From positions 7,998,001-8,062,000 of the forward strand of contig JBHGNT010000007.1 of the NCBI GenBank assembly GCA_043228905.1: 64,000 nt of DNA, written 5' to 3'. Both the position numbers and the translations under genes were made by a program. This document shows, one piece after another, positions 46,086-56,574 of this stretch (positions are counted from its first letter, which is position 1; every line of letters starts with the position of its first letter). The notes beneath the pieces are model-generated. The model saw nothing but the letters and a program-made list of their open reading frames with translations. It had not been told where the DNA came from and ran no database searches. The DNA comes from Azolla caroliniana (Eukaryota; Plantae; Polypodiophyta).

Positions 46086-47296
46086 GATGAGCCTTGGAAA
46101 AAGAAGGATCCTTTACATAAAGTGACCGACTGATCAGTAAACAACATACATCTCTTAGGAGGCCATGTAAAGCATCAACAAGAAACTCTTCAGACGCTTG
46201 GAAATAGGGTCTCTTCGAACACTTGGAGATTAGGGTCTCTTTAGATGCTTGAAAACTAACTAGGGTTTCATCACCTTAATTGGGCAAACCCTCTCAAGTT
46301 AAAAAAGGAATGAACGTTTCTTTTCTTGTTTGTGACGGTTGAAGCTCTACTTACCCTAATTAAGCCTATATACATACATATAGCCTCATCACCTCTACCT
46401 TCATTTGGACACCCCCAGCATTTTCCCGCCTTCTATTAAAACAAAAGCGCGCGAAAAGAGACCCTTCTCATCCCTGCTTTTTCTCTGTTCCTCTACTGAT
46501 CTCTCTCTCTCTCTCTCTGTATAATTTTTCTTCTTCTTCAATCTCTGTCTTCCTCTACCATATCTTTTGTTTACAATACAATACAATCCCCCTCCCTCTC
46601 TTTCTCTGTATCTTATTCATAAACAGATGGACAGAGGAAGAAGACATGGCATTGTTGACACAGAGCCTCAAAGAAAAGGAATCCTCAAATTTCGTAGCTC
46701 TAAACAACACCAATTCTCGTCTGTTAGTGAAGATATAAAGAAACAACGTAACCCATCGTCATCATCAAGGTAGTTCATCTCTTTGGTTTCTATACACATT
46801 TCTAAGAATCCGTTGGAATTCATATTTATTTCGTCAATATTTTTATGCCATAGAGCTGAAGATAAGAGCTTGCAATGGCCATCTACATATTGAGATCCCA
46901 TCAAAAGGATCAAGAAGTTACTCTTCCTGAGAGGTTAGTACTCTGTTATCGTTCTTTCTCAAAGACCCTTCCATTTCATTTGTTGTTATGCCATTCTTCA
47001 CTTTATTATGTGAATTCTTTGATTTTGTCTAGATGTAGATTTGTTTTTTTGCACTATCGTGATATGATGTGCACTATCTAGAAATTACAGAGAGGAGAAA
47101 GAGAGAGAGAGAGGAGAGATAGAGAGGAGACAGAGAGATGAAAGAGAGAGAGAGAAAGAGGAAAGAGGTGATTAGGCTATATAGGCTAATTAGGGTAAGT
47201 AGAGCTTCAACGGGCCGTAATTTTTCATGCGTCTAAAGAGTCCCCTACTAATGTTTCATGTTGTCTATTGATCCTTCTTTTTCCAAAGGCTCATCA
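46086..47296. mobile_element. Fold-back element with long imperfect TIRs enclosing a Myb/SANT-like fragment
   Basis: gatgagcc..ggaaaaagaaggatc (46086) and gaagctctacttaccctaatta (46341) are inverted at ~47270-47296 and ~47187-47210; (CT)n and (AG)n mirror each other; NRWTEEEDMALL at ~46622-46657. Confidence 0.65.
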
Positions 47297-47714
47297 TTCA
47301 TAGACATTTCCTTCTTTTTTTTGTCTTCTTTATGTCCTCTCTCTAGCAAAGTAGTTGAGACCAAATGAGATTTCGTATATGAACAAATTATCAAGGTGCA
47401 TGACTCAGGAGTAGCATTGCTCTAAGATTTTAACATCTCGAAAAAGTTGTTCTTTGATGACTCTTTTTTTCCTATCAAACTTTTGAATATGAAGCTCAGA
47501 CCAAGATAGACCAAAAACAAATGTATGTTCATGAATTAAGACCCCCTTCACAATCCCCTTCAATTCTCCACCTCCATAAACCTCTCAATTGTTAAGTATA
47601 AGCTAAATGTCTCGTATTAAGAAGCAAGCCCAGAGAGAGAGAGAGAGAGATTACCATTGTAAATCTTTAGACCCTCCAAAGTTTGAAAGGGACATACATA
47701 GTAGAGGCTTAGTT

Positions 47715-47890
47715 GGATGCATAGACAATGTTTGTACATGTTTTGCATAGAGAGGTGGCAGTCTTTCATGCTCTACCTTTTGCATACTTGGGATATACAT
47801 ATAGGGGGTAAAATAACAAAGGCAAGGTGCCTTGGATGCATAGATAAAGTTTGTTGCATGTTCTGCATAGAGAGGTGACAATCTTTCATG
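47715..47890. repeat. Imperfect duplication with ~119-bp period
   Basis: ggatgcataga...gcatagagaggtg.ca.tctttcatgc at ~47715 and ~47834. Confidence 0.6.
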
Positions 47891-48781
47891 CCCACCTTAG
47901 TTGTCCTTTAGAAGATTGATATCAATTGTTGTGTGTATTGAGTTCAATCTATATCTAGCGACTTGTGTACGTTGAGTGTATTGGGCTGATATAAGTTATT
48001 GGGTATATTGAGTTAATGATTTGATCTAGCAATCTGTGCACACTGAATGTAATCACACCTTTGATGAATCATTGTATTCAATTTATAGAATAAAAAGCAT
48101 TTTGTCATATTGTTAATTAATTGTGTGCGTGTGCGTGTGACAATGGATATATCTGTGTGTGGGTGCAGATACAATTGTATGTAGCATGTATGGGTTTGTA
48201 TTGAGTTGTGTGTGCCACTCAAGTGCTAACTTGTTGTAGCCTCTTTGTCCTTAGAAACATTTTGAGGTACACTAAACTTACACTCTCAAAGAGTCTTGGG
48301 CCTATGACATAAACCTAGGCATGGAAGGGTTATTCTACATCATAAACCCCAAATACTTGGAACCTCGGCAACCACCTTTGCAATGTGTTTCCGACTTGGT
48401 TCATGATTTTCACCCCATAATCCCCCTCCATCTAGAAGTTGGCAATAAAGGAGAGGATATCACAACGACATGATGTTAGACATCTATATATTAGAGTTTA
48501 TATTTCTTAACAATCATGGCCCATCTTTTGCATACTTTAGTTCTCCAGAAGGCCAAAACTAGTTATTGAGTGTATTGGGTTCTATCTGAATCTAATATCA
48601 ACTTCCTTGCCATTGCGATTGTTTCTACATGTCTGTCTTTTCTGTCCTATATTATCTATAACTCATATCATGTGTTGGTCATCACCTAACATCCGCGACA
48701 AAAACCTCGTTTTAAAAATTTTTAGTTTCTTATTCTTGTTTTCTATTGAAATATTCTTTAGCAAATCATGATAAGTAAATA

Positions 48782-49060
48782 GTGTTCATCTACATGGAAA
48801 ATCAGTGCTTCATCGGGAGCTCGACTTCGTGGAGCTCACATCGAGATTCTGGTGCAATTCAGCTCATTCCAATGGAGGTCACACAAAAGATAGTGAGCCT
48901 GAGGTGTGCTAGAGAGCGAAGCTGTCCAGAATATCTTGTATTGCCAGCGTTTAACCATGGAGATGATGTACAAAATGATATAGCTAATTCATTGGAGCAG
49001 AAGGGTGTGTTAGGACAGGAAAGTCCTACAGATTATCTCAATTTCTTTTGCTCTAGGGTA
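48782..49060 (+). pseudogene. Phospholipase D gene fragment
   Basis: FIYMENQCFIGSS...LIPMEVTQKIVS and MEMMY..DIA...PTDYLNFFC match plant PLD motifs (FIYIENQYF, DYLNFYC); internal deletion and frameshift. Confidence 0.8.
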
Positions 49061-50364
49061 CCCAGATTCCAAATGTTTCTCCCCCAGAAGTCCCACTAGA
49101 AAACTATCGACATTAATGGTCCTGTCATGGGTAAACTCTCAAGGACACTTCCTTCTCTACTTACTGTGTAACTCAAGAGATCCAAGGCTCTTGTATTGCA
49201 GTATAGTAGCATTTGCAAAAAAGACTTGTCACATGTAATAAATTAGCGCTGAGGGCTAAACATGGGGATTAATTATGATTAATGAAACAATATTTAAATT
49301 GTAACTAAGTCTTGGGCTAGGCCATTGGAAAACCAAAGCAACCATTTATTTATTGGAAATTCAGAATATATGTGGTTGGGAACTATGACAAGTCATGATT
49401 TAAAGAACCCGTTGAAGATTTCATACCCAATCTATGTCAATAGGTGTGTGTCACTATTCTTTGAAGAATCTTTCTAAACCAACCTACACCCATTTCGCTT
49501 TTTTCCATTTTTCTATATATAGCAGTATATTATACCCACAAAAAGGATGCATAAAAGTGGCATTGGCACATGACTAGGGCATTATGCTCCATTTTGCCCT
49601 CCACCTAGAAAAAAGAAATTGTCTCATAAACAATGGACTCTCTCTCTCTCTTATATTTCTTTTCTTTTCATATTATTTACTTTTATATTTACAGTGTAAT
49701 ATTTAGTTTATTTTGATTTGTTCTCAAAGACGAGACAACACTTACGATGTAATCTCTTATTTGGTGTTATAGGCCATTTTGGCCTCTTAAAAGATGTTAA
49801 TATATCTTTCTTTCTTTCTTTTCTATAGGAACCAGGTTCGATCCTCGCCATGGGCTAGGCCTATCTAAGATTGCAATTGGTCTCTTGTGGACGTTATATA
49901 TATATATATATATATATATGATGTCATTTGCATATATTGCAGTTAAGAAAACGTTCCCCACCATTGTCATCCATTGTACCCGCCTCCTACAATATAGCCA
50001 AACGTTTATTAGGTGCACACATATGTTTCAACAAAACTAACCTCCCTGCATGATTCTCCATGGACCCTCAAAACAAATGAGAACAAGGAATTGTGGCATG
50101 GCCAATGGGGGTGTCTCTCTCTATGTAGCCCAATTAGGTTTTTAATTGATGACTTTTTAATGTTATTGGCAAAATATTCTAACCAATTGAGCTTGCACGC
50201 TCTCTCTAATTGTGACTTTTCTCCTAGGTTGATTTTGGCCTCTACATGTTTTTCTTTCTCTCACTCCCCTCCACGCCTTCGAATAATGATGGCAAAAAAA
50301 TTGTGCCGCTACTAAAAAAAAAGGTTATTTCTACCATTGATCAACTTTTGTATCAGCCTACCAA

Positions 50365-51792
50365 ATGATAAACACTTCGACCAATCTAAAACAGTTAGTT
50401 CGCAAGAGGCGAGTTAAAGCAAAACCAGCCATGGAGATGAAACACTCATCACCCTCATCCTTTGTTATCGAATCAAAAGATCTTGAAGATATGCAAGCCA
50501 AATCAGCCATGGAGATGAAACTCTCATCGCCCTCATCCTTTGTTATCGAATCAAAAGATCTGGAAGATATGCAAACCAAATCAGGGCAATCAATGGACAC
50601 CTTATTAAACAATTTGGTGTGGCCGACAAGAACCCTAGCGCGACCCCTTATCTCTGGTTTCTTCGTAGGAGCGGTCGCCTTGGGTGCGAGTGGACGTGTC
50701 TTTCGAGGTGTAAACCTCGAGTTCCCGGGCCTCCCACTTAATAACTCTGTTCACGCGGAGCAATTTCTTGTCATCAACGCTGCCCAACATGGCGAACAAC
50801 AACTTAGGGTTTTGGCTGTATCGGCCGCCCCTTGTGGACACTGTCGACAATTCCTTCAAGAACTTAGGGGAGCCCCTGAGCTTCGTATCCTAATTGCTGA
50901 TGATCCCGTCCCCGCCCGTGTGAATAACCCTCAGCCACAAACACTTGCTTATTTCTTGCCGCATCGATTTGGACCTAGTGATGTTCTTGAAGGCGATTTC
51001 CCTCTTCTTCTCGAGCCGCATGCAAATGGGTTGAAAATTGCATGCCATGATGATGGTGATGGTGATGCTCAAGATGATACCCATGAGAATGGGGAATTTT
51101 TGAGTGGGGACAAACCTGAATGCCACTATCCAAGAGTTGATCCTACCGGTGATCTTCTTGTTGATAATGCTACCCACGAGAAGGGACATCTAATGAGTGT
51201 GAACAGACCCACCGAATTTGAAGAAGATCCTAGAGATTCTACCCTCCATGTGGATGCCTCCAATGGATCTCATGTTGGCGATGGTGTTCCTTGTGATGGG
51301 TCTCATGCAGATTATACCCATCACAACGAACAACTCATGAGGCCAAATAAATGTTCCGAAGGAACTTCTTTCGATAATGCTAGGAATGACCTTCAAACCC
51401 ATCATAATTCCCATGATAAGGAACAAATCACAACGGCGAATGAACCCAAACTCAAAGACCTAAGGAATGCAGCCCTCAATGCTGCAAATGGATCTCATGC
51501 TCCTTATACGAATTCACCGGCGGGGGTCGCCCTCCTCACCAAGCACGGAAAGATATATAGTGGGTCTTATGTGGAATCTGTGGCTTATAATCCTGGTCTG
51601 CCCCCTCTGCAATCCGCCTTGGTGGCTTTTGTTGCAAGAGATGGAGGTAGTTATGAAGATCTCGAACATGCTATCCTTGTCGAGAAGAAAGAAGCCCCGG
51701 TGCAGTTCTTTGAAATGGTTGAGCTTTTGCTCAAGAAGATCTCTCCCAAATGCAAACTTCATGTCTATCATGCAACAGTGAGTAGAACTTAA
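50365..51792 (+). CDS. CDA: Cytidine deaminase (two-domain plant/E. coli cdd type), intronless; start may be 50431 or 50509
   Basis: GVNLEF, HAEQF and PCGHCRQF zinc motifs; C-terminal SHAPY...GSYVESVAYNPGLPPLQ; uninterrupted 475-aa ORF. Confidence 0.92.
   Translation: MINTSTNLKQLVRKRRVKAKPAMEMKHSSPSSFVIESKDLEDMQAKSAMEMKLSSPSSFVIESKDLEDMQTKSGQSMDTLLNNLVWPTRTLARPLISGFFVGAVALGASGRVFRGVNLEFPGLPLNNSVHAEQFLVINAAQHGEQQLRVLAVSAAPCGHCRQFLQELRGAPELRILIADDPVPARVNNPQPQTLAYFLPHRFGPSDVLEGDFPLLLEPHANGLKIACHDDGDGDAQDDTHENGEFLSGDKPECHYPRVDPTGDLLVDNATHEKGHLMSVNRPTEFEEDPRDSTLHVDASNGSHVGDGVPCDGSHADYTHHNEQLMRPNKCSEGTSFDNARNDLQTHHNSHDKEQITTANEPKLKDLRNAALNAANGSHAPYTNSPAGVALLTKHGKIYSGSYVESVAYNPGLPPLQSALVAFVARDGGSYEDLEHAILVEKKEAPVQFFEMVELLLKKISPKCKLHVYHATVSRT
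50426..50583 (+). repeat. 78-bp in-frame tandem duplication including an ATG
   Basis: AMEMKxSSPSSFVIESKDLEDMQxKS twice. Confidence 0.95.
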
Positions 51793-51944
51793 ATCAATGG
51801 CTCGATCTCTTTCTTGACGTCTATTCTTTTGGACATATTTTTCCTCAAACAAACACCACATTATGTTTACTTAAATCAATGGCTTGATCTCTTTCTTGAC
51901 TTCTATTCTTTTGGACATATTTTTCCTCAAACAAACACCACATT
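51787..51944 (+). repeat. 82-bp tandem duplication starting at the CDA stop codon
   Basis: acttaaatcaatggct...caaacaccacatt at 51787 and 51869. Confidence 0.95.
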
Positions 51945-52633
51945 GTAAACTTACTTCCCAGAAAATAAATGGTCAATATAGATGGTAGAGAATGACACTA
52001 TTAAACATCATTAGTGTTTGCTCGAAGAGGAATTGTATCACTTTGATCCTAAATGAATTCTTTGGAATAAATAGTGTACAGGATCTATCTACACACTATT
52101 GGATGGTGTTATGTTTGCTCAACTAATGAATGTACTGCATTTAAATTTTGAACAACATTCATGTTTCCTTCATCAGAAAGAATGTCGCTATGGAATGGCT
52201 TTCATTCTTGTTTATTCTTGATACGGAGCATCTACTATGGAGAAATACAATACGACTTGGACAACTTACTATGTGCAATATTTGTGTTTGCTTCTCAAAT
52301 AGGTTTGATTATGTATATTATGAAGGGCATTCATGTTTTTGCTTCTGAGATAGATTAGTTACTATGTACTCTATGTGAAGGCCATTGCGTGTTTCATGCT
52401 CTGAGATAGGTCACTCAACCAACACCCAAAATTGCATGCAGCCACCATGCGGATTCTGGAATGAATCTCATTTCAGTATCTTGTCACTTGCGGAATGATG
52501 GACATTGTTCCTGATAAGGAAATTTATGAATATTCATGTTCGAGTATATAGGATTGATCTATAAATACACCATGATTGATATACATCATGGTCATTTCAT
52601 CTATAGAACCAATATAAGGAGTTGTGGTCATAT

Positions 52634-52912
52634 ATTGGAGGTAACGAACATTGTAGACAAACTACCCTTTTTTCTTAAGGTACCTTTGTTCTTCCCTTGC
52701 CTGGGTTGCAAGATACATATTTGTTCATGGCAGATAGGTGGAATTCTCATGATTTGAGGGATTCAAGATATTTTTGGCTTCCTCTTACAATGGATGGTCC
52801 AGCTGATGAACCGTTGAATGATAATTTTGAATTTTCCCTTATGAGGGTGTCTATACATTGGCACAAAAGATGGAAACTTCCTGATGGATGGAAAACTACT
52901 ATTAGAACATGA
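52634..52912 (+). pseudogene. C-terminal fragment of a plant glycoside hydrolase family 43 protein
   Basis: IGGN...TTLFS*GTFVLPLPG...FMADRWN..DLRDSRYFWLPL...RVSIHWHKRWKLP; internal stop; upstream exons not found. Confidence 0.8.
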
Positions 52913-53935
52913 TAGTGAAGAAAATGTAAAACGTGAAAAATCAAATTCAGCAATAATTTTCTTTGATGTTCCTGAAATTTGAGAACTACGTTTCTAAAAC
53001 AGGCGGCTATTTGAAGCAGGACGAAATTTACTATGTGCTTGATTCTGGTTATTGTTTTATTCCATGAAAGCAGGTGTGTTTGATTGGCAGTTATTATGTG
53101 ATGATGAGTTAAGAAGAATTCCAACATTTTGGAACCTGGATCAAAGGTTAAATAAGTACAAGCAGACATGGTTTATGTATGCTCTAAATTTATAGCTCTT
53201 TCATTTTGCTAAACAAATTGTGGCTTGTCTATAGATTAAACTGACAGTGTACAAAAATCAACCTGCAAGTACATTGTGTACTCTCCTCTGGATCAATGGT
53301 GTAGATTTCACTAATGGAAAATGGAGTTAGATTATCTCCTTCTACTTGGTCACAATTTGTAGTAGCTTTTTGCAGTAGAGCTTTTCATTGTTTTTCCTTT
53401 TTATTTATATGTTATATGTTAATCAAGTATGTGAAAGTGTTGTACAACATGTTTAATCCAAATGTACATTTCATAATGGGTACCTTAGAACTACATGCAA
53501 AATAAGCATCTTCTTATACAGATGGACATTTTGAGCAAAACTGGATATCTCAAAGATTAAGCATTTGTGCACTAAGAACTCAATGGTAGACCATTAGAAC
53601 TCATAATATATGTTGTATTTATATATGAACTCTGTTTAAATTGATTGATTCATGTAATATATTATGTTTGAATTATCTGACATGATTATTCTGTAATCTA
53701 CTTCAGAATATGCCAAGAACAGCAGGCATCACAGCAAAGGAACAGTATGGTTCAATTTATGTTGCACAGTAACACAGTATAGTAATTACTGATTCAGTTA
53801 ATAGTTACCCAAACCATCATTTCAAATATGAGACCAAATATATATAAATATTTAAATGAGGTTTTCTCACAACCATATTGGCAATTAACAATACAATATG
53901 GTCTTATTCAATTTTTTATTTGTTACTTCTGAACG

Positions 53936-54162
53936 TTATACAAATGCACTCGAGGATGATCCTATACATGACCAAGATGGGGAGGCATCATCATGGTTGC
54001 TAAGGCGATTGGCAAGCTCAAGGTCATGGAGAATGTCACTAATTGAAGGTCTATCATAGCTCTGAGCTTGCACACAACCATATGCCACTTTCGCAATTAT
54101 ATGCGCTGCATGAGCAGGGTACAGGCCACCAAATCGTGGATCCATTAACTTCCCTCTCATTA
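53936..54162 (-). CDS. Terminal exon of a receptor-like kinase (possibly orphan or pseudogenic)
   Basis: LMDPRFGGLYP...KVAYGCVQ...DRPSISDILHDLE (subdomain XI); minus-strand acceptor tttacag. Confidence 0.65.
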
Positions 54163-55171
54163 CTGTAAATGTCTGACATATATATATATTGTCAATTGAG
54201 CAAATATCACAGTAATAACAATAGAACAGTAATAAGAATCTTGTTATTCTTGTGGTTAATTTACAATCAAATGTACTTGTTGAAGTAAATCATGCCATGG
54301 GCAACATGTCTAATTTATTTATTTATTATTCTATGATAAGTGTTTTCTCACCACAATGAACTCTGCTTTGCCATTGTTCATATGTACCTTTCTGAGTGCC
54401 CTACTAAATTCTAATGTCCTTTAAAGTTTTGAGTTGTTTTAGATCTCAAGACTGTGCCTACTTTAGATGGTATAATAGACAACAAATTTACCCTTGCCTC
54501 GTTCTTTTCAACGTAATAAAGTATTGAGTGGCAATGACCACAACTACGGCATTTACTCTCTCGTTGGAACTAAGCAACTAACTAAGTCTTGCACAATGTT
54601 TCCATATGACATAAATGATCTATTGGCCCTTCTATAGTCCTATTTGGTGAGACACAACCTAGCGATGTGGGGGGTCTTTGCAATTAAAGCACCATGACCT
54701 AGATTGCATGATATGAGATCACTTCATCATTGTGTTCATTATCTTCCTTGTCATAGTTCCTATGACCTAGATATTGCATGACTCCCCCTTTGATATGTGA
54801 CTTGTGTGGTGTAATCTATTTCTATGTGACGTGTAACACTTGATCCTCATGTTTACTATCTTCGTTATCATAGATCTTGTTACCTAGATATTGTGGGACT
54901 CCTTGCCCATTTGACCCAAGGCTCTACAAGGAAACAATTGCTAGGGTAAGATAGTTGGTGGGATTGTTATTGGGAACCTAGAACATGACATAGGGTGTGT
55001 GTTCTCATTGTCGATTGCGTATTTGGAGGGTTGTTCTACCTTTTTAGTATGGTGAGTGGTCAAAAGGAGTTATGTGATTTTCCCACCAAGATTCATGGTT
55101 TCCTCATTGAGTATTTGTAAACTCATAATTAAATACTTGAACCTCAAAAGTATTGTGCATGCATAGGTTTG

Positions 55172-56525
55172 ATATTAGTTAATTGAAAAGGAAAATATGT
55201 AGAAGCTGTAACATATCACAATCGGCTCGGCCGGATAGAAACAGAGAAACAATGGAGATACACAGAGAGCAAGACAATGAATCTCTATTTCAAAAAGCTT
55301 TGTAAAAAACTCTGTACATAGAATGTGTTCAGATAGCACTTTTATACAAGTCCTTAAAAGGACTGACAGAAGTACTGACAAGTACTTCAATGCTCATAAT
55401 TGAGCTCTGACATTAGCTCCTAAAAATATGCCTATCTACTAGGCTAGGATCGTAGGCCTCTAACGTCCTACCGGTTACATACGGATTTAGCTCCCTATTC
55501 TGGACATTGATCCACCTCTGGCTTATTTAGTCGATCTGGATCATGTTGAGCTTGTCTGCTCAACACTCCCTCTCAAGCTCAACTTGAGTTCGGATCATGG
55601 TGTCCGACTTTGCCAGCCCCTACTTCCGGCTTCTCCTGGCGTCTTCACGCCTCACTCGCGCTCCTCGATTGGCCCGTTTTCACATTTTGACCCCTATGGT
55701 CCAACACTATTTGGCCCCTCCGGTTTCTCGCTCCTCGACCATTATGGTCGGTTTGTCTGTTCTCCAAGCTCTTCCTAGCTTCGTTGTTGTCTCGGCACTC
55801 ACGCCCCTTGATCCGTCAATTCTTCCGTATCGGTGTCGGCTTCGACCACCTTCTTGTCTGCCTGGCCTTCACAGGATCCGTCTCATCCCAATCATTCTTT
55901 CCTCCTAATCAGTTGTCTCTGATTCGTCTTCTTCAAAGCCCTTAACCACATCTAACCATGTATTGGTCCTAGCCTTCCTGCCCTTCTTGACATTACCTCC
56001 CCCTTGTTCGGTCGTCTTCAGCTTAGGCTCGCTCCTTTGGCCGCTCCCCCTAGATGTGTCCTCAGCTTCTTCAGTCGTCCCAAAGTCGAATTCTTCATCC
56101 GATTCGGATTTCCAGACTTCTTCTTCCACTCCCTTCGTCTTCTTCTACCCTTCCACTCCTTCTCCCCCTCAAGATCAGCATGTCAAGGTGCTGCAAACCA
56201 AGCGCTCCCAAGAATTGCCGCAACTTGTCTAAGCCAAGTGGTTTCGTGAAGATATCGGAAGTTTGCCAATTCGTCAGAACATACACAAGTTCCACTTCAC
56301 TAGAACGGACTCAATTGCAAACAAAATGATAGTGCACCTCAATGTGCTTGGTTCGGGCGTGGAAGACGGGGTTTTTCGTCAACTGGATGATGTTGAGGTT
56401 GTCGCAATAGATCGTCGTCGGATCAGACACCTCCATCTGTCGATCCTTAAATAGCCTCTTGAGCCATATGGCTTCGCATGTCGCGATAGCCACTCCTCGA
56501 TATTCGGCCTCCGTGGTTGACAAAA
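55172..56525 (-). mobile_element. 3' end of a Copia element: RNase H, 3' spacer, PPT and LTR (55172-55565)
   Basis: STTEAEY...YCDNL...NPVFHARTKHIEVHYHFV, DIFTKPL; PPT AGCTTGAGAGGGAG then TGTTGAGC. Confidence 0.8.
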
Positions 56526-56574
56526 TGACAATTGATTGACGAAATAGTACGATCGATCGTCCGAATACACCTGG

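Noticed and set aside
49826-49860. GGTTCGATCCT B-box suggesting a tRNA or SINE
   Set aside because: No A-box or cloverleaf upstream; too short to call.
50365-51792. CDA as an APOBEC-like anti-retrotransposon enzyme causing local C>T changes
   Set aside because: Motifs are those of free-nucleoside cytidine deaminases; 5mC deamination explains the TE decay.
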